This document shows, piece by piece, positions 9,455 to 19,693 of a DNA stretch of 59,177 nucleotides (positions are counted from its first letter, which is position 1; every line of letters begins with the position of its first letter). Below the pieces are notes generated by a model that made no database searches, had not been told where the DNA came from, and was given only the letters and a program-made list of their open reading frames with translations. Position numbers and translations under genes: made by a program. Origin of the DNA: a virus (lineage: Duplodnaviria; Caudoviricetes); the IMG/VR virus record IMGVR_UViG_3300024999_000117, positions 1-59,177 of that record; one strand, 5' to 3'.

Positions 9455-11212
9455 TTATACAACGTTTCTAACATCTGAGCATAACTCCGGTAAATTTGCC
9501 CCAACAAGGTGCTCGGCTAACTGCGGTGGTACGGCATTTCCGCATCTAGCTACTTGGTTAGCTTTAGAAAATTTATTACCCTCCGCGTCACGGTCGATAA
9601 TATAAGTCTCTGGAAATCCTTGCGCCGCGAAAAGCTCGTGCGGCTCCAGCATCCTCATTCCGATATCAACTATTTGGTATTCCTGTCCTTGAACAGTTAC
9701 CAGTCCAAACCTGTGTTTTGTCGTAATAGTGTGAAGTGGCTCAGTAAGTACCTGCCCTGTATCTGCCCCATAGTATTTCAGCAGGAACGCCCTAACTTCT
9801 CCCATATGGGTACCACCAGCGGAAACCGTGTGAAGTGGCTCCTTAACTGGTTGACCTATATTCATACCAGGACCGGTACCGCGGAATTTAATTAGGTGAC
9901 TGGTTACAAGAGCAAAACGGTTAGACGTGTCAACTGTTTTTATTGGTTCGTCAGGCAGTTGCCCTCTGACTCCAGTTCCAGGCGTTTCACCGTGATACTT
10001 CGAGAGAAAAGCGGTTACCAGAGCGTTGTGGTCAGTGGTCGTAACTGTGTGTATCGGCTCCCCTAAGCTACTACCAGGACCTGTATAATTGCCGCCGTAG
10101 TGTTTAGCTAAAAAAGCTGTAACTAACTGTGATTTGCCCATGCCTCCAGCTGTGATTGTCCCCAGCGGGTCAGTTACGCTGTGACCAACGCTTTGCCCGA
10201 ATTGACGGGCTATCACAGGAGTAATCAGTAAATGCTCTGCCTTTGTCGTGACTGTGGTCAATGGCTGTTCTACCTGGTACTGCATCCGATCACCGCCAAA
10301 ACCTGTCTGGCCAATTCGCACTATAAACGGCTTGGGATTATCTATAACAAACTTCTGGATACCCCTGGCAATACGCCGCATAGTGTTCTCAGCCAGTGGC
10401 CTTTTTCGCTCAAAAATACTCGGGCAGGGTAAGGACCAGTCAATAATCTCGGCAGCCGTCCTCCAAGGCAGAAGTTTACCAGATTTCACCTCTGCGCTCT
10501 CTGGATTGCCGTGTGTTGGCTTTGGCCAAACAATCGGCCTGCCGTCGCATCGAGCAATTAGGAAAAACCTCTTTCGGATAGTAGGCGCCCCATAATCACA
10601 AGCCCGTAACTCTTTATGCTCTACCTGATAACCTTGCCGCTTAAGCGCATTGATGAAAGAATTAAACGTCCGGCCTTTTTGTTTCGGATCTGGGATAAGT
10701 ATGCTTTGGTCGGGCGGAACAACTTCTCCTGATTCGGATACGATGATTTTGTCATCCTCGTCTTCATCTTCAGAACGTATGAGCTTTAACATTCGTCCTG
10801 TTTTTAGATCTGTCTTTGCAATTAGTGGTCCCCATGTTTTGAATTCCTCGACATTTTCGAGAATAATCACTCGGGGTCGGACGGTGGCTGCCCATCTGAC
10901 AGCTACCCATGCAAGCCCTCGGATATGCTTCTCAACCGGCTTGCCACCTTTGGCCTTTGAAAAATGTTTACAGTCCGGACTGAACCAACATAACGCAACT
11001 GGCCTGCCTTTCGTAGCTTTTCTTGGGTCTACATCCCAAACAGATTCACAAAAATGCTCGGTGTCAGGATGATTTACCTTGTGCATGGCAATAGCTACAG
11101 GATCATGGTTTATGGCTATGTCTACCGACATACCTATTGCCAGTTCAATTCCTGTCGATGCCCCGCCACCTCCAGCGAAGTTGTCCACAATAATCTCTCT
11201 AATTCTTATCAC
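9455..11212 (-). CDS. C5-cytosine DNA methyltransferase with repeated variable region
   Basis: Motif I FAGGGG, catalytic SPDC, ENV, RKR, QGFP and GNAV motifs. Confidence 0.92.
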   Translation of the reverse strand: MIRIREIIVDNFAGGGGASTGIELAIGMSVDIAINHDPVAIAMHKVNHPDTEHFCESVWDVDPRKATKGRPVALCWFSPDCKHFSKAKGGKPVEKHIRGLAWVAVRWAATVRPRVIILENVEEFKTWGPLIAKTDLKTGRMLKLIRSEDEDEDDKIIVSESGEVVPPDQSILIPDPKQKGRTFNSFINALKRQGYQVEHKELRACDYGAPTIRKRFFLIARCDGRPIVWPKPTHGNPESAEVKSGKLLPWRTAAEIIDWSLPCPSIFERKRPLAENTMRRIARGIQKFVIDNPKPFIVRIGQTGFGGDRMQYQVEQPLTTVTTKAEHLLITPVIARQFGQSVGHSVTDPLGTITAGGMGKSQLVTAFLAKHYGGNYTGPGSSLGEPIHTVTTTDHNALVTAFLSKYHGETPGTGVRGQLPDEPIKTVDTSNRFALVTSHLIKFRGTGPGMNIGQPVKEPLHTVSAGGTHMGEVRAFLLKYYGADTGQVLTEPLHTITTKHRFGLVTVQGQEYQIVDIGMRMLEPHELFAAQGFPETYIIDRDAEGNKFSKANQVARCGNAVPPQLAEHLVGANLPELCSDVRNVV

Positions 11213-11336
11213 CTTTTTTCTTACCGAATTTAATGTTTATCTCGCCGCCACGTAACATAATACCGACGAGTATTAACCAAGGTAGGCTCAGTAAAGCAGT
11301 AGTAAAGTAAAGTTCTAATTTTTCCATAGACATAAA

Positions 11337-13292
11337 TCAATCATCCTTTTTATAGTACATTCCTGAAAATCCGTCAGCAGGAGTAGGAAGATCTGGCGCC
11401 CACTTGATAGGCTGTCCCATGATCTCGTTAAGCTCCTTCAAGCTGCCCCAACCTACCGGCACATCACAAACTATTTCATCGTGCACATGTGCCGCAATCC
11501 GATAACCCGCAGCATCAACCCTGATAAGTGCTTCGGCAAGGCAATCTCTGGCTATTGCTTGAATTACATTTTCCACCAATTTGCCTCCGTATGTGTCAAC
11601 CTTCGACCAAACCTTTTTCACTTGATCCATGCCCCAGTAAGTCAATTTTGGTCTATTGAATCGTGTGTCGTTTTCAATTGCTGCTTTGCAATACGCCAAT
11701 CTCCTGCCCGATGGTAGCTTGATGAACAAAATACCTGACTCAAAACTAAACGTAACGCCGTACTGCAGTTGCACTACCTTCCTGTCTTTGACGGCTGATA
11801 TGGCTGCCTTCTCTACATCTTTCCACAGGCGCACTATGGCTGGATTAGCTGCCCTCCAGGTACTGACCAACTCAGGCAGTTCTTCCTCAGTCAAACCCAT
11901 TTTCAAAGCACCCATTGTTACCAATGCCCCAACGCCGCCTTGGTAGCCAAGGGCCAGCTCAGAGATCTTACCTTTTTGCCTCAAAGGGTTTGCCTTCGTG
12001 ATAGACTCCAAGGGAACCTTAAACATTTGGGAAGCAGACGCTTCATATATCTTGCCGTGTGTCCTGAACACTTTCATGCGCCACTGTTCACTGGCCAGCC
12101 AAGCTATAACTCGGGCTTCAATTGCACTGAAATCTGAAACGATAAATCGGCAACCAGCAGACGGGATGAAAGCGGTTCTAATTAGTTGGGATAAGACATT
12201 TGGGACGCTATCAAACAACATTTCCAGTATTTCATAATCACCCGATAGTAGGAAATTACGCGCCATGTCCAAGTCACGCATACTGTTTTTGGGCAAGTTC
12301 TGAAACTGAACAATTCTTCCAGCCCATCTCCAGGTTCTATTAGCACCGCAAAACTGAAACAAACCTCTGACCTTGCCATCCTCTCTGACGGCTCTTATCA
12401 TAGCGTCATATTTCTTTACTGAGGTTTTAGCCATAGTTTGACGTAATATCAGCATCTTTTTAACCGTGTTATTTTTAGTGGTTTTAATCAGTTCTGCTAC
12501 GGTTTCCTTATCCAGGCTGTCAACCTCTATACCTTCTTGTTCAAATATCCAGTTTTTAAGTTGCGCAACGCTATTCGGATTGTCTAAATCTGTCAGCTTT
12601 TTAGTTTCTTCTGTTTTTCGTGCTTGAAACTGCAGATCACACTCAATGGCGTTTTCAACTAACTTTCTGTCTATCTTAATCCCTGTATCGTTAATCTTTT
12701 GGTCTAAGCACCAGAGTTTATGTTCGTGTTCAGGAACGGGAAACTTCTCAAGTTTCTTTCTTATATCACGTTCTACAACAACGTCCTGCCTGCAGTATTC
12801 CTTGAATTGTTCCCATTTTTCCGGGCTATGTTCAGGCAGGTTCCTTGTCCTCCTACCGTTGGCTTTTGTAGGTTTGCAAGGAGTGCAGAAATATTTAATT
12901 AGCGCCTTTCCTGCCGTGTCTTTTTGCTGCTCCAAGCCCAGCACCTTAGCAACATCCTCTAACCTTCCAGGCAGCCCTAAAGTTAACGCATGAACTGCCG
13001 TACAGCGCCAAAACATAGGATCAACTGGTAACCATAGGTGTTCGTTAATACATAGCCGTTCAAAATTTGCGTTATAGGCTGTTTTGATAATGTTCGGGTC
13101 AATCAAAGCATCTGTAACATCTTTGTGTAGTGACTCGCCGCTGGCCAGGTCAACAACCTGGACTGGATCATCATCAAAAGCAAATCCGAACAAGATTATT
13201 TCAAAATCCGGCGAAGCTACGTATTTGTAGGCACCCGAGGTTTTTATATCTACACTGCTAAAAGTTTCTAAATCTATACTGAGAATAGTCAA
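11337..13292 (-). CDS. Phage DNA polymerase, family A
   Basis: Exonuclease DLET, YNANFE and YCRQD; polymerase DFSAIEAR, RQKGKISELALGY and HVHDE. Confidence 0.95.
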   Translation of the reverse strand: MTILSIDLETFSSVDIKTSGAYKYVASPDFEIILFGFAFDDDPVQVVDLASGESLHKDVTDALIDPNIIKTAYNANFERLCINEHLWLPVDPMFWRCTAVHALTLGLPGRLEDVAKVLGLEQQKDTAGKALIKYFCTPCKPTKANGRRTRNLPEHSPEKWEQFKEYCRQDVVVERDIRKKLEKFPVPEHEHKLWCLDQKINDTGIKIDRKLVENAIECDLQFQARKTEETKKLTDLDNPNSVAQLKNWIFEQEGIEVDSLDKETVAELIKTTKNNTVKKMLILRQTMAKTSVKKYDAMIRAVREDGKVRGLFQFCGANRTWRWAGRIVQFQNLPKNSMRDLDMARNFLLSGDYEILEMLFDSVPNVLSQLIRTAFIPSAGCRFIVSDFSAIEARVIAWLASEQWRMKVFRTHGKIYEASASQMFKVPLESITKANPLRQKGKISELALGYQGGVGALVTMGALKMGLTEEELPELVSTWRAANPAIVRLWKDVEKAAISAVKDRKVVQLQYGVTFSFESGILFIKLPSGRRLAYCKAAIENDTRFNRPKLTYWGMDQVKKVWSKVDTYGGKLVENVIQAIARDCLAEALIRVDAAGYRIAAHVHDEIVCDVPVGWGSLKELNEIMGQPIKWAPDLPTPADGFSGMYYKKDD

Positions 13293-14188
13293 TTGGTCAC
13301 TTCCTTTAAAGCCTGAAGGTATACGTTAATATTGTGAACGGCCCTACCCATGTTACGCTCGTTACTGCCCATCTCTCTTGTGTCTAAACCTATCGAACGG
13401 ATAACCTCACAGGCAGGGCAGTTGCATATCGGTATTTGTTCTTTAGCTAATTCTTTAACACTGTATTTTTTAATGCCGCCACCACCACTACTGAGGTCTA
13501 AAGCGTAGTAACTCGCTCCAGTAAAAGCACTAAAAAACATTGAACTTCCGTCAAAGCTGTCTATGCAGTACTGCTTATACTCCCGTACCCAACGGATTGA
13601 TGAAATACCTAAGACGTGTATTTTGAAAGGTTGCTGCTGTCTTAGTTTACATACCGCTTCTAGTACAGAATGGATATATTTTTTCGCCCCGGCTCTACCG
13701 GCCACACCACCTATGGCTAGATATTTGTAACCCATCTCTAAGAGTTCCTGAGCCGCCATAAGGCGTGTATCCAAACTATTGCCGTGTATTACACCAACCG
13801 GTATTACACCCTTAGGAACTAACTTTATAAACTCTCTCGCATTGTCTAAAGTTATATTGAGTCTGTACAGTTCTTCCTCTGGCGTATGGTTCCTTAAAAC
13901 CATGTGGTCAGGTGAAGCAACCATATCACCAGGGCAGGCTAGTTTCCTATACATAGCAGCGCACCCTGCCGGACCCCATTTCGGTTCCGGTAGATGCTTG
14001 TAACTCCAGGCACCGCAATCAAAAAATATTTGTTTCGCATGAGGTGGCAGCGGTAAATTTTTACTATAGATAAGGGATGTTAAAAACTGCTCCGGAAAAG
14101 GATTAATATATTTCCAAATTGGTTCTTTAACCCCGTTTATTTTTAGATGATCCCTATTCCCGATAACGCAAAAGAATCTAGGTTTCAT
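13289..14188 (-). CDS. TGT-fold (queuine tRNA-ribosyltransferase/DpdA-like) base-exchange enzyme
   Basis: FDCGAWSY, PDH, VIHG, AIGG, HVLG, DSFDGSS and CNCPAC...HN Zn site in TGT order. Confidence 0.75.
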   Translation of the reverse strand: MKPRFFCVIGNRDHLKINGVKEPIWKYINPFPEQFLTSLIYSKNLPLPPHAKQIFFDCGAWSYKHLPEPKWGPAGCAAMYRKLACPGDMVASPDHMVLRNHTPEEELYRLNITLDNAREFIKLVPKGVIPVGVIHGNSLDTRLMAAQELLEMGYKYLAIGGVAGRAGAKKYIHSVLEAVCKLRQQQPFKIHVLGISSIRWVREYKQYCIDSFDGSSMFFSAFTGASYYALDLSSGGGGIKKYSVKELAKEQIPICNCPACEVIRSIGLDTREMGSNERNMGRAVHNINVYLQALKEVTN

Positions 14189-15015
14189 CTCAACAGATCT
14201 TCCAATTCTCTAGCCTGCCGGTCACGCTCAACGAGTGCTTTGTACCTATCCACATCAACCTTCTGAACAATCCAGTCCTTTGCCTTGGTAGAAGTCTCAA
14301 CAAACCCGGCAACCTTAGCAACTCCGTACCCCCTCACAGTATGGCACACAACCGGGTCATCAATCTTTAGATCCAAGTCAGTGAAGAAGTCATATTTGAC
14401 TTCGTTATTTCCCGCAAAAGTGACTTGAGCTATTTTCTTAACATCGACTAATACATCGCTACCTGATAATTTCTCATTATCTCGTCTAAGTTCGTGAATA
14501 GCGGAAGTTAGTGATTTACATTTATCCTCAAAACCGCACATACTACAAGGGATGTTACAACTTAGTGCGTCCATATATTGATCTTTAATAGGACATAGTT
14601 TTAACCTGCAATTTCCTTCACAATCATCAGTATTCAGCGGATGGTTACAAAAAACTAATACAGGAGAGGAACGATCTTCTACCCCATCTAAATCCTTCTC
14701 AAACATACAATTTTGATGTTTGCAACCTTTACCATACCACTCTCTCAATTTATCAACTCCCAAACTATTAGCTAATTTAGCTAAAACATCACCGTGGCAA
14801 AGTTTTGGTTTACACCAGCATCCAAGCGTCTTTCCTTTCAAATCATGTAGATCATTCAGCAAATCCGGTCTCAACAAGATGTGTTTTTCGTACTTGCCAA
14901 TAACCTCTTGCCGGGATCCATCCCTACCAATCAGAAAAGGGTTGCCCCACTTTGATGGCCTGCCGATGTAAACATCAAACTTTTTACGTTTGCAATGAAC
15001 TACTTTAGTTTTCAA
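14185..15015 (-). CDS. DUF4326-like domain fused to Cys-rich and further domains
   Basis: VYIGRPSKWGNPF...LGCWCKP..CHGDVL N-terminus; Cys-rich middle. Confidence 0.75.
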   Translation of the reverse strand: MKTKVVHCKRKKFDVYIGRPSKWGNPFLIGRDGSRQEVIGKYEKHILLRPDLLNDLHDLKGKTLGCWCKPKLCHGDVLAKLANSLGVDKLREWYGKGCKHQNCMFEKDLDGVEDRSSPVLVFCNHPLNTDDCEGNCRLKLCPIKDQYMDALSCNIPCSMCGFEDKCKSLTSAIHELRRDNEKLSGSDVLVDVKKIAQVTFAGNNEVKYDFFTDLDLKIDDPVVCHTVRGYGVAKVAGFVETSTKAKDWIVQKVDVDRYKALVERDRQARELEDLLR

Positions 15016-15299
15016 GGCAATCTATTGCACCAGTCTTTAAATTCAGATATCAGGACTTCCAGAAACCTAGCTTCGTGCTTCATAGGTTCAAGGTATGCTT
15101 TAGAACTACATTCATGCGAACCGCCCATATGAAACATCTTGTCACGTAATTTATCTTCAAGGTTCTTAACAACCCGGCCCATCATATCTTTAGCACCAAA
15201 ATGGCGGTTTTTATCGCTTAGATCTGCCACCTTAGCCAGCAGATTAGACATTTCATTGATTATTATTTTTAATTCTTTAGGAGGCTCCAAACAGTTCAA
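15012..15299 (-). CDS. Hypothetical protein
   Basis: Overlapping stop/start with the next gene. Confidence 0.55.
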   Translation of the reverse strand: MNCLEPPKELKIIINEMSNLLAKVADLSDKNRHFGAKDMMGRVVKNLEDKLRDKMFHMGGSHECSSKAYLEPMKHEARFLEVLISEFKDWCNRLP

Positions 15300-15312
15300 A
15301 TCCTTTCATCAC

Positions 15313-15341
15313 AGGCGGGTAGCGGTTTTGTTACCCGCCTG
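15313..15341. terminator. GC-rich hairpin after the SSB gene
   Basis: CAGGCGGGTA...TACCCGCCTG inverted repeat. Confidence 0.5.
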
Positions 15342-15353
15342 CTTATTAACTAT

Positions 15354-16055
15354 TTAGTTTAGGAAGTCATCCTCAGAACCATCCTGTACAGCGTCAAAAT
15401 CATCCTCAGCACGACTCTTACCTGCCAGTGCCTCACCGTCTGCAAATTTCTGCACGTTATTCAACCCACAACCAACGCCTCGGTTTCCCTTAGCATCGAA
15501 CGGAAAGAAGTTCAAACTTACACGGACGTAACAACCGGGGTAAATTTCAGACTGGTCAAGTATCTGCTGAACATTTTTATCCACGATACCAGGCTTCTGC
15601 TTACTACTGGCATTCAAGAAGTAGTGGCCTGCGTATTCCGGACTATCTTCCCTCTCAGTGTCGCCATCACGAAGCGGGGTCTTAAGGTTTCCCGGCAGTT
15701 TGCCTTTCCATTTTGAAGAAATACCTTCCTGTTTAGCTGCTTCAACTGCAGCCTTAATTTTGCGTAAAGTTTCAACATCAGACTTCGGAATCAACAGACA
15801 GGCTGAATATTTTTCCTCGCCCTCGTCGTTGATCTTAGTAGGCGTAAACAAATGCGGGTAGGATAATCTCACTTTACCGGTTACAACCTTTGTACTAACT
15901 GTTTTTTGCTGTGTTGACAATTTGCATTTCTCCTTTTCGTCGTCTTCTTCTAGTATTCCAAGCGGGCACGGCTCATCCGGAAACAAATCATCGGGGCACT
16001 CGTAGCCGTAGGCAGGTACACCTTTGCAGCCTTCAGGACATTTCCAATCACTCAT
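15354..16055 (-). CDS. Single-stranded DNA-binding protein (DUF2815/gp2.5-like) with Cys-rich N-terminal extension
   Basis: VRLSYPHLF, KYSACLLIPK, PLRDGD, GLNNVQK and acidic tail ending DDFLN. Confidence 0.85.
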   Translation of the reverse strand: MSDWKCPEGCKGVPAYGYECPDDLFPDEPCPLGILEEDDEKEKCKLSTQQKTVSTKVVTGKVRLSYPHLFTPTKINDEGEEKYSACLLIPKSDVETLRKIKAAVEAAKQEGISSKWKGKLPGNLKTPLRDGDTEREDSPEYAGHYFLNASSKQKPGIVDKNVQQILDQSEIYPGCYVRVSLNFFPFDAKGNRGVGCGLNNVQKFADGEALAGKSRAEDDFDAVQDGSEDDFLN

Positions 16056-16261
16056 AACGTGGCACCTAAGAAAAAACTACCTACTATCAAAATTAATGTC
16101 AGAACGTAATACTTAACTTGGATGCATAATCCGCCGATATGCAGTTGTAGCCAAGGCGACCATGGATAGCGGCCGGTTCCAACCATCCAATTTGTAATTC
16201 CGTAGCCTTTCATTTGGTCTGAGTAAGATACACGTACGGGTTTATTCCATGGTTTAAACAA
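16052..16261 (-). CDS. Small membrane protein
   Basis: C-terminal hydrophobic helix; GAGGTG RBS. Confidence 0.55.
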   Translation of the reverse strand: MFKPWNKPVRVSYSDQMKGYGITNWMVGTGRYPWSPWLQLHIGGLCIQVKYYVLTLILIVGSFFLGATL

Positions 16262-16273
16262 ATTGTTTCACCT

Positions 16274-17446
16274 CTAATCCAAAACGCTGCTAAAATCGTC
16301 TTCTGCCGAAGCAACACTGGAAATCTCCGGCCTTTTATCGTTCTCCGGCGCGAGTGTCGGCTTGCCTGCCGGTTTAACAATCAAATCACTAAGTAGCTCG
16401 CTAAATTTCTTTTTACCTATCAATTTTTCAAGTGCTGTAATACCAAGCATTTCTTTTGGCTTGTGTATCAAATCATCAGCAAAACCACTTACTATGAGTT
16501 TGTCAGCGGCATCAATAGGATCGGTTATTGTCCGTTTGCTCCTACCCTCGACAAGTTTCCAACCTGGGAACTTAACGTTATGGTTAACAGCTTGGTCTAA
16601 TGCGTATTCGTCAACATCCTTAACCCAGCTTTGAAGTTCAGCAATCTTGCCTAGGATTTCTGCTATCTCGTCATGTGACAAAAGCGGCGGTTCTTTAAAT
16701 TCGTACTGTGCGAGCTTCAAATTTTCTTCAGCCCTGGCTCTACAGGTAAATCTAGCCCGGCAGAATCTGCAATGTTCACCGGCGCAAAATTCACCTTCGC
16801 CGGCAAAAGCTTGTTTTGCCTTTGGTACTACCTCAGCGTCTGCCCATTCAAGCAGTTCTTGCACAGTCAGTTCCTCAGTTGATGTACTATCAAGTCTAGG
16901 TTGAATAATGGTCATTCTGACTACAGAGAAGTCATACAGCATTTCGTAAGTATCAATAGCACCTAACCCATACAGCCTCATTTGTGGATTGTTTTCAGCG
17001 CTAACAGGTACACCTTTACCATACTTCAAATCAATAACCTCGATGGCTCCATCGGAAATAATAACCACGTCACCAGTGCCAAAACCTTTAGGTACCCACT
17101 TGCTATAATCAAGTTTTTGTTCCAGTAGTGCTAACGTACTAGGATATTTAGACTTAGCAGCCATGTAAATCTCAGATACTTGACTAACATAATCGTCTAC
17201 ATAATCACCCATCTCAGCAGAGTACATAGGATTAGCCTGAAGCTCAGCCAGCTTCTTTTTGAACGCTGAAGGCTTGATACTATTAGCTATCTGCCTACCA
17301 AGCCTCAAATCAGCTATAGCGTGGGCATGACTACCTTCTGCAGCGTATTCGCTTTGTTCGTTTGGGAATTGCTGTTCTAACCTAGCACTAGGGGTACATG
17401 ACATCCAACGTTTAGCTCCCGAAGCGGAAAGTGTAGCATGTGCCAT
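16274..17446 (-). CDS. DUF2800 Cas4-like PD-(D/E)xK exonuclease
   Basis: HATLSASGAKRW..C, GTGD, IDLKYGKG, QMRLY and HCRFC..C; probable start MAHAT at 17446. Confidence 0.88.
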   Translation of the reverse strand: MAHATLSASGAKRWMSCTPSARLEQQFPNEQSEYAAEGSHAHAIADLRLGRQIANSIKPSAFKKKLAELQANPMYSAEMGDYVDDYVSQVSEIYMAAKSKYPSTLALLEQKLDYSKWVPKGFGTGDVVIISDGAIEVIDLKYGKGVPVSAENNPQMRLYGLGAIDTYEMLYDFSVVRMTIIQPRLDSTSTEELTVQELLEWADAEVVPKAKQAFAGEGEFCAGEHCRFCRARFTCRARAEENLKLAQYEFKEPPLLSHDEIAEILGKIAELQSWVKDVDEYALDQAVNHNVKFPGWKLVEGRSKRTITDPIDAADKLIVSGFADDLIHKPKEMLGITALEKLIGKKKFSELLSDLIVKPAGKPTLAPENDKRPEISSVASAEDDFSSVLD

Positions 17447-17447
17447 A

Positions 17448-17924
17448 TTAAAGTGCCTCCGCTGCAACCCACAGGTCATGTAATTTTTCTGTCGGCACAT
17501 CGGATACTTTAGCAACACCAAAACTTTGTATCAGTGCTTTGACAGCTGCCTGCTTACCTGCTTGGGCAAGAGCCCCCAGCTTAGTTTTCACATCATCGAG
17601 AGCGATTACCGGAGTATCTTTCTTGACATCCGTTTCCGGTTTATCTGTAGAAGTTTCTACACCATTGCCAGCAGCAGGCTCAGAGTTTTCGGCAGTAACA
17701 GGCTTATCAGCGTTTTCTGCCTTATCAGTAGCACCTGCAGCGTCAGCTAGTTTAAAGTTAAAGTCAGATTTAGTTTTATCAGCGGACTTAGATGTATCAT
17801 CTATGGCAGAAGTTATAGTAACCCGAGGTACGGGAACATTAGACATAGCACTGGCCAAGTTATTAAGTGCTTCGCATAGTCCCAAAGCGTTTATGTTTAC
17901 GTTCAAATCAACTGTTATTTTCAT
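17448..17924 (-). CDS. Conserved phage replication-module protein
   Basis: Low-complexity linker plus C-terminal helical domain (VKALIQSFGVAKVSDV), typical upstream of DUF2800. Confidence 0.7.
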   Translation of the reverse strand: MKITVDLNVNINALGLCEALNNLASAMSNVPVPRVTITSAIDDTSKSADKTKSDFNFKLADAAGATDKAENADKPVTAENSEPAAGNGVETSTDKPETDVKKDTPVIALDDVKTKLGALAQAGKQAAVKALIQSFGVAKVSDVPTEKLHDLWVAAEAL

Positions 17925-18097
17925 TTTAGGTAAACCTCCGTTATAATTAGTGTGGGTATTTTTTTGTTGGCGCCTCTAGCCGCGACAACGGACCGAGGCG
18001 CTCTTTTTAATTTCTGTAAGTTTATAAGTGTTGAGGAGATACTTAGTGGTTACATAAGATTTGCACCTCCTTAAGTTAGTACCACGAAACCAATCAG

Positions 18098-18385
18098 CTA
18101 TTTATCTAACAAAGCAATCAGTCCGTTTTCGTACTTAAGAATTATTTCAGCATTCTTACCCCCTACACCAATGCGGTCCAAGATATTACCGGCACTACAG
18201 CAACCACGCATAACGGTTTTAATGCTGTTAGCTACATAACCAACGTGCTTATCACTAAACAGCACTTTAACTGCCTCCAAGTCATAGGCGTTTTCAGGTT
18301 CTTTCACCAGTATAACTTTATCACCCACATCTAAGATGTTAGGTTGGATGAGGTGATTAACGCCCACAATACTAACTAATCTCAT
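18098..18385 (-). CDS. HIRAN domain protein
   Basis: LVKEPENAYDLEAVKV...VGYV pattern. Confidence 0.8.
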   Translation of the reverse strand: MRLVSIVGVNHLIQPNILDVGDKVILVKEPENAYDLEAVKVLFSDKHVGYVANSIKTVMRGCCSAGNILDRIGVGGKNAEIILKYENGLIALLDK

Positions 18386-18408
18386 GTACTTATACCCTCC
18401 TAAGCTAA

Positions 18409-19128
18409 CTACTCAGTCACAATCAATCTATCCAAAAGAATCAGGTCAGCAAGCTTGTCCTCAAAATAGGACTTAACGTTCTTCCGTGCCTGCATCCTCC
18501 AAGCACCCCCGTCTGCCTCAAACAAGGCTGCTTTAGGACCATTCTGCAAGCGTAACAGGAACTCGCCCTCGGGTTGCTCTACTTCAATGAAGGTTCTGTA
18601 AGGAGCCAGCTTAACAATGGGGTCGATAGTTACCTTCGAAACAGTAGCAATGCCAGTTTTTGCAGTAACCGTTTGGGTTATTCCATCATCGGTACTAGTC
18701 TTAATTGCTTCTTCAACGACACCACCAAGCAGCTTGACCAATGCATCCCTAGCTTCCGATTCTACAAAAGTGGATTTAAGCCTGATAATCATGTCTTCGA
18801 GGTCGGTATACATGCCTAACTTCTGTGCAGGTATTTCGGCTTTGGCTACGTACAGAAGGAACCTTCCAAAGTCATCTCTCAAGCAGGAATGTACTTCTAC
18901 CAACTCCGGACCAACAACGTGTATAATTAAACCGTTTAGCCTGTTGTGCTCATATTCTTTATTGATTAAATCAACAATACTGAGCAACGACTTTGTGGTA
19001 AACGGTTCGGGTGATACTTCAGGTACACGGTAAAGTGTTTTGGTCTGGTACTTCAACCCATCAATTTCAACTGTTTCAAGTTCTTTCAACGACATTAGAT
19101 ATTGCAGCCCATCCCTATTTAAACTCAA
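18409..19128 (-). CDS. Conserved phage hypothetical protein
   Basis: LAPYRTFIEVEQP and LFEADGGAW motifs. Confidence 0.75.
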   Translation of the reverse strand: MSLNRDGLQYLMSLKELETVEIDGLKYQTKTLYRVPEVSPEPFTTKSLLSIVDLINKEYEHNRLNGLIIHVVGPELVEVHSCLRDDFGRFLLYVAKAEIPAQKLGMYTDLEDMIIRLKSTFVESEARDALVKLLGGVVEEAIKTSTDDGITQTVTAKTGIATVSKVTIDPIVKLAPYRTFIEVEQPEGEFLLRLQNGPKAALFEADGGAWRMQARKNVKSYFEDKLADLILLDRLIVTE

Positions 19129-19129
19129 A

Positions 19130-19471
19130 TTAGTTCACACTCCTCAATTGAAATATTTCTGCCTTGTTACTGTCAGGACTGTCCTTGACATATTCAACCG
19201 CCACAGCGTTACCTTTGCGGTCAGTGTCAAGGTTCAGTCTGGTCAAAATAGGCTTGACCGGTGCTAAAGTAGCTTTTGCCTGTGCTGAACATGCCACACT
19301 TTCCCTGTTTTCGTCTACCTCGAAAACCAGAGTAACGACTAACTTTCTTTTGTCCTTGGTGCTGGTATTCGGATCAACTAAGTTATTTAAAACCCGGCCC
19401 AGCTCGTTTGTAATCTGCTCCTGGATTGCGCCTTTTGCGAGTTCTAAAACGTTGATTTCTTTACCTACCAT
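19130..19471 (-). CDS. Conserved phage protein, partner of the downstream gene
   Basis: GAIQEQ...NLVDPNT..KRKL pattern. Confidence 0.7.
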   Translation of the reverse strand: MVGKEINVLELAKGAIQEQITNELGRVLNNLVDPNTSTKDKRKLVVTLVFEVDENRESVACSAQAKATLAPVKPILTRLNLDTDRKGNAVAVEYVKDSPDSNKAEIFQLRSVN

Positions 19472-19693
19472 TTATCTTTTTCACCTCCTTAAATTAGTAC
19501 ATATAACTTATAATATTAAGTTCTTCGAGTTCCCTGAATTGTTCGTAAGTTATTAGTCTTTCAGCGAAAGCCTTGCATATCAGGTCCCAAAAATTTTCTG
19601 AACCTAATTTACTAAGTAACTTCTGATATGTTTTAACCACCCTCTTAATTAACTCTTGGGGTTTTACGGGTCGCCCCCAAACCGATAAACTTA

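Noticed and set aside
16274-17446. Cas4-like nuclease as part of a CRISPR-Cas system
   Set aside because: It lies in the usual DUF2800-SSB-PolA replication module; no other cas genes or array.
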